Assembly: GCA_963699755.1 (NCBI GenBank)
Contig: CAVOVB010000008.1
Span: forward strand, 96,001 to 160,000
Length of the DNA: 64,000 bases
Origin: an uncultured delta proteobacterium
GTDB lineage: Bacteria; Myxococcota_A; Polyangia; Polyangiales; Houyiibacteriaceae
Direction of reading: 5' to 3'
Both the position numbers and the translations under genes were made by a program. Positions within the stretch are counted from its first letter, which is position 1. Every line of letters begins with the position of its first letter. The notes beneath the pieces were generated by a model, which was not told the origin of the DNA, did not search any database, and was given only the letters and a program-made list of their open reading frames with translations. Positions 17,984 to 28,182 of the stretch are shown here, piece by piece.

Positions 17984-19389
17984 TGGCGACGCCAATTCCC
18001 GTCAATCAAGCTCAGTTCAGTCGAGATCAGCTGCTCTCGGCCACCCGCGGCAACTCGGTCGGTCCTTCTTGGGATTGCGTTTCGGGCATCGTGACTGACT
18101 CGCGCGCAATCGAGCGGGGCAACCTCTTCGTAGCCCTTCGCGGAGAGCACTTCGATGCGCGCGAGTTCGCGGCGCAGGCGATGGACGCAGGCGCGGCGGC
18201 GGTCCTGGTGGAGCGTGGAACCTCACTTCCTCCTCACGTGAGCGCGGTGGAGGTGGACGACACACTTCACGCGCTCGGCGACCTGGCGAGGGCTCATCGC
18301 AATCGATGGAGCGGAAAGGTGATCGGGATCACCGGTTCGGTCGGCAAGACGACCACCAAGGAGCTCTGCGCAGCGGCGCTGAGCGCCGCAGGCTGTCGAG
18401 TGCTCAAGACCAGCGGGAACCTGAACAATCGAATCGGCGTTCCGATGACCCTGTTCCGACTCGACGCGACCGTAGACACAGCGGTGATCGAGATGGGCAC
18501 CAGTGAGTCGGGAGAGATCGCACGCTTGGCGCAAATCGCCTCACCGGATGTAGGCATCGTGACTCGGGCCACCATCGCCCACACCGAAGGGCTCGGCTCG
18601 GTCGAAGCAGTGGCGGATGAGAAGGTCTCGCTGCTCCACGCGCTCCCAGCGGACGGCGTCGCCGTTGCCTTTGGAGACGACCCCCGGTTGAAGAAACGCG
18701 CCTCGATGGTCGCGGCCAAGCGCAAGCTCTTCTACGGCCACTCTGCCGCGAATGACGTGCGAGTGGTCGACTGGGGTGTCGGCTCAGCGGGGACCCAGGC
18801 CCGATTCCAAATTCGCGGGAGAGACCTCGTCATCGCGATGACTTTGCTCGGAGAAGGTGCCGTGCTCAACGCGGCGGGTGCCCTTGCGATCGTGTTCGGC
18901 TTGGACCTGCCGCTCGAAGATGCGGCGCGGGGGCTTGCGCTGGTCGAGCCTTCGCCGGGCCGTTTGCAGCCGAGGGCGGGAAGCGGCGACCGCCTGATCA
19001 TCGATGACACATACAACGCGAATCCCGCGTCCATGGAAGTCGCATTGGACGCCGCCCGGGCGATCGCCGAGAAGCGGAACGCGCCATTGGTCGCGGTCCT
19101 GGGCGATATGAAGGAGCTCGGCACGCACGCTGAGGAGGCACACCGCAAGCTGGGTGAGCTCGTTTCTCAGGCGGGCGCGTTTCTCTTCGTCGGCTGCGGC
19201 AAAGGCATGCACGAGGCAGTGGCCGAGGCGAACGCGCGTGGTACCGACACGCTCTGGTTCGAGGACGCCACGGAGTACGGAGAGCTTTCCGAGCGGCTTC
19301 CCCTCAACGCAGTCATTCTCGTGAAGGGCTCTCGGTCGATGCAAATGGAACGTGTCATCACCGCGCTTCTAGAGGGGGTGCAGCGATGA
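17980..19389 (+). CDS. murF: UDP-MurNAc-tripeptide--D-Ala-D-Ala ligase
   Basis: TGSVGKTTTKE, NLNNRIGVP, EMG, DDTYNANP, LGDMKELG, VKGSRS. Confidence 0.96.
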   Translation: MMATPIPVNQAQFSRDQLLSATRGNSVGPSWDCVSGIVTDSRAIERGNLFVALRGEHFDAREFAAQAMDAGAAAVLVERGTSLPPHVSAVEVDDTLHALGDLARAHRNRWSGKVIGITGSVGKTTTKELCAAALSAAGCRVLKTSGNLNNRIGVPMTLFRLDATVDTAVIEMGTSESGEIARLAQIASPDVGIVTRATIAHTEGLGSVEAVADEKVSLLHALPADGVAVAFGDDPRLKKRASMVAAKRKLFYGHSAANDVRVVDWGVGSAGTQARFQIRGRDLVIAMTLLGEGAVLNAAGALAIVFGLDLPLEDAARGLALVEPSPGRLQPRAGSGDRLIIDDTYNANPASMEVALDAARAIAEKRNAPLVAVLGDMKELGTHAEEAHRKLGELVSQAGAFLFVGCGKGMHEAVAEANARGTDTLWFEDATEYGELSERLPLNAVILVKGSRSMQMERVITALLEGVQR

Positions 19390-20513
19390 TCTACTATTTG
19401 CTGTACCCACTGCACGAGTACGAATCGCTCTCTTTTCTGAACGTTCTCCGCTATGTGCCGTTCCGTTTCCTGATGGCAACGATGACGTCGCTCTTACTGA
19501 CCTTCGGGCTCTATCCTTGGTTCATTCGCCGTCTGCAGAGCAAGCAGATCGGGCAAGTCATTCGCGCTGAAGGCCCCGAGACGCACTTCTCCAAGGCTGG
19601 CACGCCGACGATGGGCGGTGCCTTGATGCTGCTAGCCCTGGTTCTCTCGACTGTGCTCTGGGCGGACCCGGCGAATGCCATGGTCTGGGTCGTGACCCTG
19701 ATCACCGTGGCGTACGGTGTGGTCGGCTATATCGATGACACTTCCAAGATTCGAACGCGCTCGACCGGTGGTCTCTCGGGCCGGTACAAGCTCCTCTTGC
19801 AGTTCGCGGTGGCCATCGCGATTTGCACTTGGCTCTATTACGGCGAGACGGGTCTTCCTGGCGACTGGCTCGAAATTCGAAATAGGCTTGCAGCGCCCTT
19901 CTTGGCGTTCTCGAAGTACCCGATCGAGCTGCCCCCCTGGCTCTATGTCGTCTTCTCTTCGTTCGTCATCGTCGGCACTTCAAACGCGGTGAACTTGACC
20001 GACGGCCTCGACGGTCTCGCCATCGGCCCGGTGATGATCTCGGCGGGGACCTACGCAATCCTGGCGTACCTCGCAGGCCTGACCCTATTCGGCAACGTGG
20101 TCGCAGGGTACCTGGACATCCCTCACATCGAAAGCGCGGGCGAGCTCAGCATCTTTGCCGCTTCGGTAGTCGGCGTCGGTTTTGGCTTCCTTTGGTACAA
20201 CACCTATCCCGCTCAGGTCTTCATGGGCGACGTCGGCTCGCTCGCGCTTGGCGGAGGTCTCGGCTCCCTGGCTGTGCTCACGAAGAACGAGCTCCTATCT
20301 GTGATCCTCGGAGGCATCTTCGTCGTCGAGGCCGTGAGCGTCATCGTGCAGGTCGGCTACTTCCGAGCGACCGGGCGCCGCATTTTCCTCATGGCGCCCA
20401 TTCATCACCATTTCGAGAAGAAGGGTTGGCCCGAGCCCAGGGTCATCGTTCGTTTTTGGATTATTGCGATCGTGCTGGCGGTGTTCAGCCTCGCCACCTT
20501 GAAATTGAGGTAA
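19386..20513 (+). CDS. mraY: Phospho-N-acetylmuramoyl-pentapeptide transferase
   Basis: KAGTPTMGG, NAVNLTDGLDGL, VFMGDVGS, MAPIHHHFE. Confidence 0.98.
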   Translation: MIYYLLYPLHEYESLSFLNVLRYVPFRFLMATMTSLLLTFGLYPWFIRRLQSKQIGQVIRAEGPETHFSKAGTPTMGGALMLLALVLSTVLWADPANAMVWVVTLITVAYGVVGYIDDTSKIRTRSTGGLSGRYKLLLQFAVAIAICTWLYYGETGLPGDWLEIRNRLAAPFLAFSKYPIELPPWLYVVFSSFVIVGTSNAVNLTDGLDGLAIGPVMISAGTYAILAYLAGLTLFGNVVAGYLDIPHIESAGELSIFAASVVGVGFGFLWYNTYPAQVFMGDVGSLALGGGLGSLAVLTKNELLSVILGGIFVVEAVSVIVQVGYFRATGRRIFLMAPIHHHFEKKGWPEPRVIVRFWIIAIVLAVFSLATLKLR

Positions 20514-20515
20514 CC

Positions 20516-21868
20516 GTGGAGCTCGCTGAGAAGAATACGATGGTGGTTGGGCTTGGCGAGAGCGGGCTGGCGGTCGTGCGGTTCTTGAGGCAGCGCGGCG
20601 CCCGCGTTCGGGTCAACGACCGGCGTGAACGGCAGGCGCTTGGCGCATCCGCCCTGGAAGCCGAGGCGCTAGGCGCGGAGCTGCTACTGGGTGGTCACCC
20701 CGCGAGCGCCTTCAAAGGCTTGGATCTGATAGTGGTATCTCCCGGCGTGCCGCCGATGCTGGAGCTCGAGAACGCCGAGAAACGCGGCGTTCCGGTGGTG
20801 AGCGAAGTGGAGCTCGCCGCGCGATTCATCGAGGCTCCGATCGTCGCGATCACCGGGACCAATGGCAAGAGCACGGTGACCACGATGATCGGAGAGATGT
20901 GCAGCCGTCATGGTCCCCCGACCTTCGTCGGAGGCAACCTGGGCCGTCCGATGATCGAGGCGGTGGATACCGACGCGGGCAGGAAGGGCGGCTTGGTCGT
21001 GGCAGAGCTTTCGAGCTTTCAGTTGGAGCGGGTTTCTCAGATGAAGGCCCACGTCGCGGTCTTGCTCAACGTCACCGCGGATCACCTCGACCGCTACCCG
21101 TCTTTCGAGGCATATGCCGCCGCCAAGGCTAGGGTCTTCGAGAGGCAGACCGCGGACGACTTCGCGATTCTCCCTGCCGACTCTCCCGATCTTCGAGAGC
21201 TCATTGCGGACGACGGAACCGTTGTCTTGTTCGGTGGACGCAACGGTGACGTTCGCGTCGTCGATGGCGTGCTCGTCGACACGCAGAGCGACCTCCGGGT
21301 TCCGGTCGAGGAGTTGGGGATCCGAGGTTCGCACAACGTGTCAAACGCCTGCGCTGCGGCTCTCGCCGCTCGCTTGCTCGGCGTGCGCGAGGAAGACATC
21401 GCCGCGGTGCTCCGCGACTTCAAAGGACTCGCCCATCGCACGCAGTACGTCGACTCGGTTGATGGCGTCGAGTACATCGACGATTCCAAGGCTACCAACG
21501 TGGGTGCGGCCGTCGCGTCGATCGACGGATTGGCGGGTTCGAATGGAAAGATCGTTCTCATCGCTGGTGGCGTCGACAAGGGCGGTAGCTATCAGCCGCT
21601 CCGTCAGCGAATGACTGAAGACGGAAGAGCGCTGGTCGTCCTCGGTGAAGCAGCGCCGTTGCTGGAGCAAGCATTCCTAGGCTCGACAATCGAGCTCCGT
21701 CGCGCCGAGTCGATGGTGGAAGCCGTCCACCAGGCAGCCGCGCTAGCCCATCCCGGAGACACCGTCTTGCTGGCACCAGCGTGCTCGAGCTTCGACATGT
21801 TCCGCTCCTACGCCGAGCGAGGCGATGAGTTCCAACGAGCAGTCGCAACCCTTGGAGGGCAATCATGA
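20516..21868 (+). CDS. murD: UDP-MurNAc-L-Ala--D-Glu ligase
   Basis: GLGESG, SPGVP, TGTNGKST, ELSSFQL, DHLDRY, DDSKATN, APACSSFDMF; GTG start 2 bp after mraY. Confidence 0.96.
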   Translation: MELAEKNTMVVGLGESGLAVVRFLRQRGARVRVNDRRERQALGASALEAEALGAELLLGGHPASAFKGLDLIVVSPGVPPMLELENAEKRGVPVVSEVELAARFIEAPIVAITGTNGKSTVTTMIGEMCSRHGPPTFVGGNLGRPMIEAVDTDAGRKGGLVVAELSSFQLERVSQMKAHVAVLLNVTADHLDRYPSFEAYAAAKARVFERQTADDFAILPADSPDLRELIADDGTVVLFGGRNGDVRVVDGVLVDTQSDLRVPVEELGIRGSHNVSNACAAALAARLLGVREEDIAAVLRDFKGLAHRTQYVDSVDGVEYIDDSKATNVGAAVASIDGLAGSNGKIVLIAGGVDKGGSYQPLRQRMTEDGRALVVLGEAAPLLEQAFLGSTIELRRAESMVEAVHQAAALAHPGDTVLLAPACSSFDMFRSYAERGDEFQRAVATLGGQS

Positions 21869-23064
21869 GTCCTTCTTCGAAACCCGCGCCGAAGAGGGTA
21901 GCCGGACCGGTCGACGTGACTCTTGCCGCAACACTGGTTGGGCTGATCGCGTTCGGCGTGGTGATGGTCTACAGCGCGAGCGCGGTCTACGCGAACAACA
22001 TGTTTGGGAACGGGTACCACTTTCTGATCCGGCAAACGGTGTTTGCCTTCGCGGCCTTGGTGGTGCTCTTCGCGTTCGCTCGCGTCGACATCCAGTTGCT
22101 CCGACGCTCGACCTATCCGGTTCTCCTCATCTCAGTGCTACTGATGATCGCGGTCGCCCTCGGTTTCGGCCGTAGTGCGGGTGGTGCCACACGCTGGCTT
22201 GCCGTCGGTCCGGTCAACGTGCAGCCGGCAGAGCTCGCCAAGTTGGCGATGATCATCTGGCTTGCCCATTCTTTGGCGAAGAAGTCTCATCGCGTACGGA
22301 CTTTCGCCATCGGCTTCCTCCCGCACGTGCTCGTGGCCGGGCTGCTGATGCTACTCTGCCTTGCGCAGCCCGACTTCGGCAGCGCCGTCATGATTGCGCT
22401 CCTGACGTTCGTGGTTCTCTTCGCGGCAGGCGCGAAGGCGGGCTACCTGCTCGGTTGCGTCTTGCTCGCCGTCCCCGTGGGCTACGCCGCGATCGCCTCG
22501 TCCCCATATCGAATGCGCCGCATCATGGCGTTCCTCGAGCCGTTCGAGCACAGGCAGGGCGCCGGCTATCAGATCACGGAGTCCTTGATGGGCTTCGGCT
22601 CCGGCGGCTGGACAGGCGTGGGGCTTGGTGACGGCCGCCAGAAGCTCTTGTTCCTGCCCGAAGCGCACACGGATTTCATCAGCGCGATCATCGGGGAGGA
22701 GCTCGGATTCATCGGGGTCGTCCTTCTGAGCGCGGCCTTCGCCTGGGTCGTCTTTCGCGGCCTTCGCGCGGCATGGCGCGCCCAGGACGACTACTCCGGC
22801 TACCTGGCGGCGGGCATGGCCTTGTTCATTGGCCTTCAGGCGTTCACCAATCTGGCGGTCGCCATGGGTCTTCTGCCCACAAAAGGCCTCGCGCTTCCCT
22901 TTGTCAGCTACGGGGGTTCGTCTCTGCTCGTGAACGCCGCCGCCGCTGGCATCATACTGAACACATCGCGTTTCGGCGCGACGCGCCCGGAACAAGCCCC
23001 CAAAAAAACAGAAGCTGCGCAACGTCGAGCAAGTCTCCGGACCGCGCGGGGAGGTGCACGATGA
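21865..23064 (+). CDS. ftsW: SEDS peptidoglycan glycosyltransferase FtsW
   Basis: VMVYSAS, GATRWL, QPAELAK, QPDFG, LPEAHTDFI, LPFVSYGGSS. Confidence 0.96.
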   Translation: MSPSSKPAPKRVAGPVDVTLAATLVGLIAFGVVMVYSASAVYANNMFGNGYHFLIRQTVFAFAALVVLFAFARVDIQLLRRSTYPVLLISVLLMIAVALGFGRSAGGATRWLAVGPVNVQPAELAKLAMIIWLAHSLAKKSHRVRTFAIGFLPHVLVAGLLMLLCLAQPDFGSAVMIALLTFVVLFAAGAKAGYLLGCVLLAVPVGYAAIASSPYRMRRIMAFLEPFEHRQGAGYQITESLMGFGSGGWTGVGLGDGRQKLLFLPEAHTDFISAIIGEELGFIGVVLLSAAFAWVVFRGLRAAWRAQDDYSGYLAAGMALFIGLQAFTNLAVAMGLLPTKGLALPFVSYGGSSLLVNAAAAGIILNTSRFGATRPEQAPKKTEAAQRRASLRTARGGAR

Positions 23065-24335
23065 TCGAGCGCATCATGATCGCAGGAGGCGGCACGGGAG
23101 GTCATCTCTTCCCGGGCCTTGCGGTCGTCGAGGAGCTTCGACGTAGGATTCCGGGCCTAGAGGTGAAGTTCGTCGGGACGGCCCGTGGCATCGAGGCTCG
23201 TATTCTGCCGAGCCGCGGTGAAGCCTTGGAGCTTCTCAAGGTGACGCCGCTCAAGGGGCAGGGCGTTGGCGCGCGCTTCAAGAGCTTCGCCCGAATTCCA
23301 AGCGCGATGAAGGAGGCTTCCTCTTTGATGCGGGACTTCGAGCCGGACCTGGTACTTGGTGTCGGTGGCTACGCGTCTGGTCCGGTGCTCCTTGCGGCTT
23401 CGCTTTCGGGAAGGCGGACTGCCCTTCTCGAACAGAACGCCTACGTCGGAATGACCAACCGCATCCTCGCCCGATTCGTGGACCGTGCGTACATCACCTT
23501 CGAGCAGACCGAAGAGGTGTTCGGAGCGAACAAGTCACGATTGACCGGCAATCCGGTTCGGCACGAGTTCGTCGAACACGCGCGTCTGGCCTTGGCGGAC
23601 CCAGAAGGCTTCGAAGCGCGCGCGCGCTCGGTGCTCATCCTAGGCGGGTCGCAAGGTGCTCGAAAGCTCAACGAAGACCTACCTCGAGCACTCGCTCAGG
23701 CCGGCATTGCGATGTGCAACCTCGAGGTCGTGCACCAGACCGGCGAGTCGATGCGCGAGGAGGTCGAGGCGACCTATCGAGAGCTCGGCATCCCAGCCAG
23801 GGTCGTCACCTTCATCGACGAGATCGCGCGTGCCTATTCAAACGCGGCGCTCGTGGTGGCGCGTGCGGGCGCCACGACCTTGGCGGAGCTCTGCGCCATC
23901 GGCCGCCCGTCAATCCTGATCCCATTCCCATTCGCAGCGGATGATCACCAAGCCAAGAATGCAGAAGCGCTCGAAGAGCAGGGTGCATCAATTTGCATTC
24001 GAGAGTCCGAGCTCGAGGTAGAGGGCCTTGGGGCGCTGATCGGGGAGCTACTCGACGATCCTGCCAGGCGCCAGGCCATGGCCCGGGCTGCCCGTGAGCA
24101 CGGTCGGCCGGATGCCGCAGCGGCGATCGTCGACGACATGATGGGCTGGATCGGTGGTGTGGAGCCCTCGGGCGAGAACACCGCGGCGCCGCAAAGCGAA
24201 GCGCCGTCAGGCATGCAGTACGGCGGCCTCGCTACGGACCCGATGCTTCGGCTGGGCTGTCCTGCAGTCGCCCTGCGCCGCGTCGCGCATCGGCCGCGCC
24301 GCCCAGTTGTCGTGGACGGAGCCGTGTGGGAGTAA
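23061..24335 (+). CDS. murG: Lipid I N-acetylglucosaminyltransferase (with C-terminal extension)
   Basis: GGGTGGH, GGYAS, EQN, GNPVR, GGSQGA, RAGATT, DDHQAKNA; ATGA overlap with ftsW. Confidence 0.96.
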   Translation: MIERIMIAGGGTGGHLFPGLAVVEELRRRIPGLEVKFVGTARGIEARILPSRGEALELLKVTPLKGQGVGARFKSFARIPSAMKEASSLMRDFEPDLVLGVGGYASGPVLLAASLSGRRTALLEQNAYVGMTNRILARFVDRAYITFEQTEEVFGANKSRLTGNPVRHEFVEHARLALADPEGFEARARSVLILGGSQGARKLNEDLPRALAQAGIAMCNLEVVHQTGESMREEVEATYRELGIPARVVTFIDEIARAYSNAALVVARAGATTLAELCAIGRPSILIPFPFAADDHQAKNAEALEEQGASICIRESELEVEGLGALIGELLDDPARRQAMARAAREHGRPDAAAAIVDDMMGWIGGVEPSGENTAAPQSEAPSGMQYGGLATDPMLRLGCPAVALRRVAHRPRRPVVVDGAVWE

Positions 24336-24341
24336 GCGAGC

Positions 24342-25715
24342 ATGTTTCGCGGCAGAATTCGGTCCATCCATTTCGTTGGCGTCGGCGGTGTCGGGATGAG
24401 CGGCATTGCAGAGGTGCTGCTCGACTCCGGCTTTGACGTGACCGGTTCCGACCTCCGTCTGAACGACTACACGAGACGCCTCGCCGACAAAGGCGCGAAA
24501 ATCTACGTCGGCCACCAAGCCGCACAGGTTGCCGAGGCCGACGTCGTCGTCTTCTCTTCGGCAGTTCCGCCCACCAACCCCGAGCTGTTGGCGGCACGCC
24601 AGGCTGGTGTGCCGGTGATCCCTCGCGCGGAAATGCTCGGCGAGCTAATGAGGCTCAAGGACGGCATCGCCATCGCGGGATCGCACGGCAAGACGACGAC
24701 AACATCGTTAGTCGCGACCGTTCTCCGAGAGGCAGGTCTCGACCCAACGGTCATCATTGGAGGCAAGCTCAACGCGCTCGGCTCGGGAGCAGCCAGGGGC
24801 GCGGGAGACTTGCTCGTGGCGGAAGCTGACGAGTCCGATGGTTCCTTTCACCACCTCATTCCGTCGATCGCGGTGATTACCAACATCGATCCAGAGCACC
24901 TCGATCACTACGGAAGCCTCGACGCGGTGAAAGAAGCCTTCGTCGATTTCGCGAATCGCGTTCCCTTCTTCGGCTTGGTGGTTGCCTGTCTCGATCATCC
25001 GAACGTGCAGGATATTCTCCCTAGACTCGACAAGCGCATCGTGACCTACGGGTTTTCGGCACATGCGGACTACCGGGCTCGGAACCCGGTGTTTTCGGGT
25101 CTTACAGTAGGCTTCGATGTCGAGCATCAGGGAAGAAGCTTGGGTCAGTTCGAGGTTCGCATGCCGGGCATCCACAACGTCCTCAACGCGCTTGCAACGA
25201 TCGCGGTTGCGGACGAGCTTCGGGTGGACCACGACCTGGTGCGTTCGGCGCTAAGGGGCTTCGAAGGCGTGCAACGGCGCTTCTCGATCGTTGGCGAAGA
25301 GAGGGGGGTGACGATCATCGACGACTATGGGCATCATCCAGCCGAGGTGGAGGTGACTCTCGAGGCTGCGCAGAAGGCCTATCGCTCGCGAATCGTGGTC
25401 GCCTTTCAGCCCCATCGGTACAGCAGGACTCGAGACCTCTTCGACGAGCTCACCAGAGCCTTCAATCGGGCGGATGTCCTATTCTTGACCGAGGTCTACG
25501 CCGCAGGCGAAAAACCCATCGAGGGGGCGAATGCGCGTCGACTCGCGGAGGCGATTCGCGCGCACGGACATCGAGACGTGACCTTGGTGGAAGATCGAAA
25601 GGATTTGGCTGACGCCGTAGGCGCGCGGGTTCGCTCGGGTGACGTCGTCATCACCTTGGGTGCCGGCGACATCACGCGCACAGGGCCGGAGCTCCTCGAG
25701 GTGCTCCGCCGATGA
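24342..25715 (+). CDS. murC: UDP-MurNAc--L-alanine ligase
   Basis: [40 protein letters not shown]. Confidence 0.98.
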   Translation: MFRGRIRSIHFVGVGGVGMSGIAEVLLDSGFDVTGSDLRLNDYTRRLADKGAKIYVGHQAAQVAEADVVVFSSAVPPTNPELLAARQAGVPVIPRAEMLGELMRLKDGIAIAGSHGKTTTTSLVATVLREAGLDPTVIIGGKLNALGSGAARGAGDLLVAEADESDGSFHHLIPSIAVITNIDPEHLDHYGSLDAVKEAFVDFANRVPFFGLVVACLDHPNVQDILPRLDKRIVTYGFSAHADYRARNPVFSGLTVGFDVEHQGRSLGQFEVRMPGIHNVLNALATIAVADELRVDHDLVRSALRGFEGVQRRFSIVGEERGVTIIDDYGHHPAEVEVTLEAAQKAYRSRIVVAFQPHRYSRTRDLFDELTRAFNRADVLFLTEVYAAGEKPIEGANARRLAEAIRAHGHRDVTLVEDRKDLADAVGARVRSGDVVITLGAGDITRTGPELLEVLRR

Positions 25716-26809
25716 ATCGTAGGCGGCCCCCATCGACAGGCCGAAAGAAGCCGGCTCGAAAGAAGCCGATTCAAAGGAAGCCAGCCGAGAAGAAGGACGC
25801 CCGGCAGCGGCCCGCCCGTAGGAACGTGGCCGCCAAGAAGGCCGCCTCCAGGCAGGCCGCCGCACAGAAAGCGACACGAAAGCCGCCTACCGAGAAGGCG
25901 CCCCGCAAGAAGCTAACGTGGAAGTGGACGGCGAGTGACCGCAGTCAGAATCGGCGGCGCCCGGTCCCGAAGACGCCGGGGCGCCACAAGCCCGAGAGGA
26001 GCTGGCGTGAGCGGGCCACCGGCGCCCGTCAGGCGCTCGGCGGGACGCTTCTCGCGCATAGGGCAGGCGTCCGCCGCGTGGCTCAGGTGGCCCTGGGTGG
26101 ATTGCTGCTGACCGCCGCGCTTTGGCTCGGAGACCAAACCGTCCGCTACGCACACGAGGCGGATGCCTTTGCGATTCGCGAGATCATCATCGACGGTGAT
26201 GAGCAGCTCGAAGACATCGACGTCCGCAGGGCGGCGCGGCTGCAAATAGGCTCCAATATATTCAAGATTTCCGCTGAAGACGCCCGTAATCACTTGCTTC
26301 AACACCCATGGATTAAGGAAGCGACCGTGGTTCGCAAGTTGCCGGGTCGCGTCCGTATCGAAATCATCGAGCGCACGCCTGTTGCCCTGGTCGCCCTCGA
26401 CCAACTCTATCTCGTCAGCGAAGAAGGGGCGGTCTTCAAGCGGCTTGGGGTGGACGATCCGGTCGACTTGCCGGTCATCACGGGCATCGCATCGGAGCGC
26501 TTCTACGACGACTTCGACTATCGCACCGCGATCCTGCTTCGGTCGATGGCCCTTCTTCAAGACTACGAAGGCGCGGGCCTCGCAGAGCGAGAGCCGGTGT
26601 CGGAAATTCATTTTGAAGGCGCCAATGGGATCGAGCTCTTCGTCGGGGACGACGGCATGAACGTGCGCCTGGGCAACGGCCAACACCGGCAAAAGCTCCG
26701 ACGCCTGCGCCAAGTCCTCGAGCGGCTTAGTGAAGAGAAGACGCGCCCTTCCTACGTATACCTCGACAACGATCGAAGTCCTGAGCGCGTCACCGTTCGG
26801 CTGCCGTAG
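25712..26809 (+). CDS. ftsQ: Cell division protein FtsQ/DivIB with long basic N-terminal tail
   Basis: TM helix followed by POTRA-like [19 protein letters not shown]; position before ftsA. Confidence 0.85.
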   Translation: MNRRRPPSTGRKKPARKKPIQRKPAEKKDARQRPARRNVAAKKAASRQAAAQKATRKPPTEKAPRKKLTWKWTASDRSQNRRRPVPKTPGRHKPERSWRERATGARQALGGTLLAHRAGVRRVAQVALGGLLLTAALWLGDQTVRYAHEADAFAIREIIIDGDEQLEDIDVRRAARLQIGSNIFKISAEDARNHLLQHPWIKEATVVRKLPGRVRIEIIERTPVALVALDQLYLVSEEGAVFKRLGVDDPVDLPVITGIASERFYDDFDYRTAILLRSMALLQDYEGAGLAEREPVSEIHFEGANGIELFVGDDGMNVRLGNGQHRQKLRRLRQVLERLSEEKTRPSYVYLDNDRSPERVTVRLP

Positions 26810-26824
26810 CGAAGCAGGGGACCA

Positions 26825-26850
26825 AGCCCCTTCTCGAAGGGGTTAATTTC
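26825..26850 (+). terminator. Possible hairpin terminator/attenuator after ftsQ
   Basis: AGCCCCTT-CTCG-AAGGGGTT stem-loop followed by a weak U tract (AATTTC). Confidence 0.4.
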
Positions 26851-26943
26851 ATCGCGCAGAAAAGTGCATTTCAGCCCATTTTTTTCTGCACAAAAGTTGT
26901 CCCAGCAAATCTCGTTTCGGTATGGGTCAGTGAGAGGCGAGGG

Positions 26944-28173
26944 ATGGCGGAAAACGAGATCATTGCAGGGTTGGATCTGGGAACGACGAAGGTCTGCGCG
27001 ATCGTGGCCGAACAGTCGGAAGAAGGCCTAGACATCATCGGGATAGGCTCCGTTCCTTCGAAGGGCTTGAAGAAGGGCGTGGTCGTCAACATCGAGTCTA
27101 CCGTGCAGGCGATTCGAGCGGCGGTCGAACAAGCCGAGACGATGGCTGGTGTCGAAATCAACACCGTGTACGCCGGCATCGCCGGCAGCCACGTGCGCGG
27201 CATGAACCAGGACGGCGTCGCTGCCATCGCCAATCGTGAGGTCGCAGCCGAAGACGTCACGCGGGTGCTCGAGCAGGCCAAGGCCGTGCCGCTTCCCGGC
27301 GATCGCCAAGTGCTTCACGTGCTTCCGCAGGAGTACATCGTCGACGAGCAAGACGGGATCAAGGAGCCAATCGGCATGGCGGGCGTGCGACTCGAAGCGC
27401 GCGTACACATGGTCACCGCAGCATCGACTTCCGTCGCCAATGTCATCAAGTGCGCCGAGCGCTGCGGCTTGTTCGTCGAGGAAGTCGTCCTGCAACCGCT
27501 CGCCAGTGCGCACGCTGTGCTGAGCGGCGACGAGAGAGAGATCGGTGGCGTTCTCATCGATGTTGGCGGGGGTACCTCGGACATCATCATCTACGTGGAT
27601 GGCGCCGTCGTGCACACGAGCTCGATTCCCATCGGTGGGATCAACCTTACCAATGACATCGCCACGGGCCTTCGCACTCCTATGGCCGAGGCCGAGCGCA
27701 TCAAGATCAAGTATGGCTGCGCCGCATCCCGCATGGTCGACGACGACGAGACGATCGAAGTGCCGTCGGTCGGGGGTAGGCCGTCGCGCTCGCTTCCACG
27801 TCGCGTGCTCTGCGACATCATCGAGCCCCGTGTGGAAGAAATCTTCGCCGCATGTCGTCACGTCATCGCCGAGACCGGCTACATGGACATGTTGGCTTCC
27901 GGCGCGATCGTCACGGGCGGGACGACGCTCCTCGATGGATTGCCTGAGCTAGCCGAGGAAGTCCTCGGCCTACCGGTACGCCGTGGTGCCCCCACCGGGA
28001 TCGGTGGGCTGATCGATGTGGTGAAGAGCCCGTCCTACGCAACCGGCGTTGGGCTGGTGAAGCACGGTGCGGACCAACTAGCGGGAGCATCCGCGCCCGA
28101 ACGTAAAGTGGAAGTCGCTACGAGCCGTGGATTCGGTCGAAAGATCGGCGCGTGGTTCAAGGAAGTTTTTTAG
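26944..28173 (+). CDS. ftsA: Cell division protein FtsA
   Basis: GLDLGTTK, GLKKGVVVNI, DVGGGT, AERIK, TGG, C-terminal amphipathic WFKEVF. Confidence 0.97.
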   Translation: MAENEIIAGLDLGTTKVCAIVAEQSEEGLDIIGIGSVPSKGLKKGVVVNIESTVQAIRAAVEQAETMAGVEINTVYAGIAGSHVRGMNQDGVAAIANREVAAEDVTRVLEQAKAVPLPGDRQVLHVLPQEYIVDEQDGIKEPIGMAGVRLEARVHMVTAASTSVANVIKCAERCGLFVEEVVLQPLASAHAVLSGDEREIGGVLIDVGGGTSDIIIYVDGAVVHTSSIPIGGINLTNDIATGLRTPMAEAERIKIKYGCAASRMVDDDETIEVPSVGGRPSRSLPRRVLCDIIEPRVEEIFAACRHVIAETGYMDMLASGAIVTGGTTLLDGLPELAEEVLGLPVRRGAPTGIGGLIDVVKSPSYATGVGLVKHGADQLAGASAPERKVEVATSRGFGRKIGAWFKEVF

Positions 28174-28182
28174 GAGGAATCG

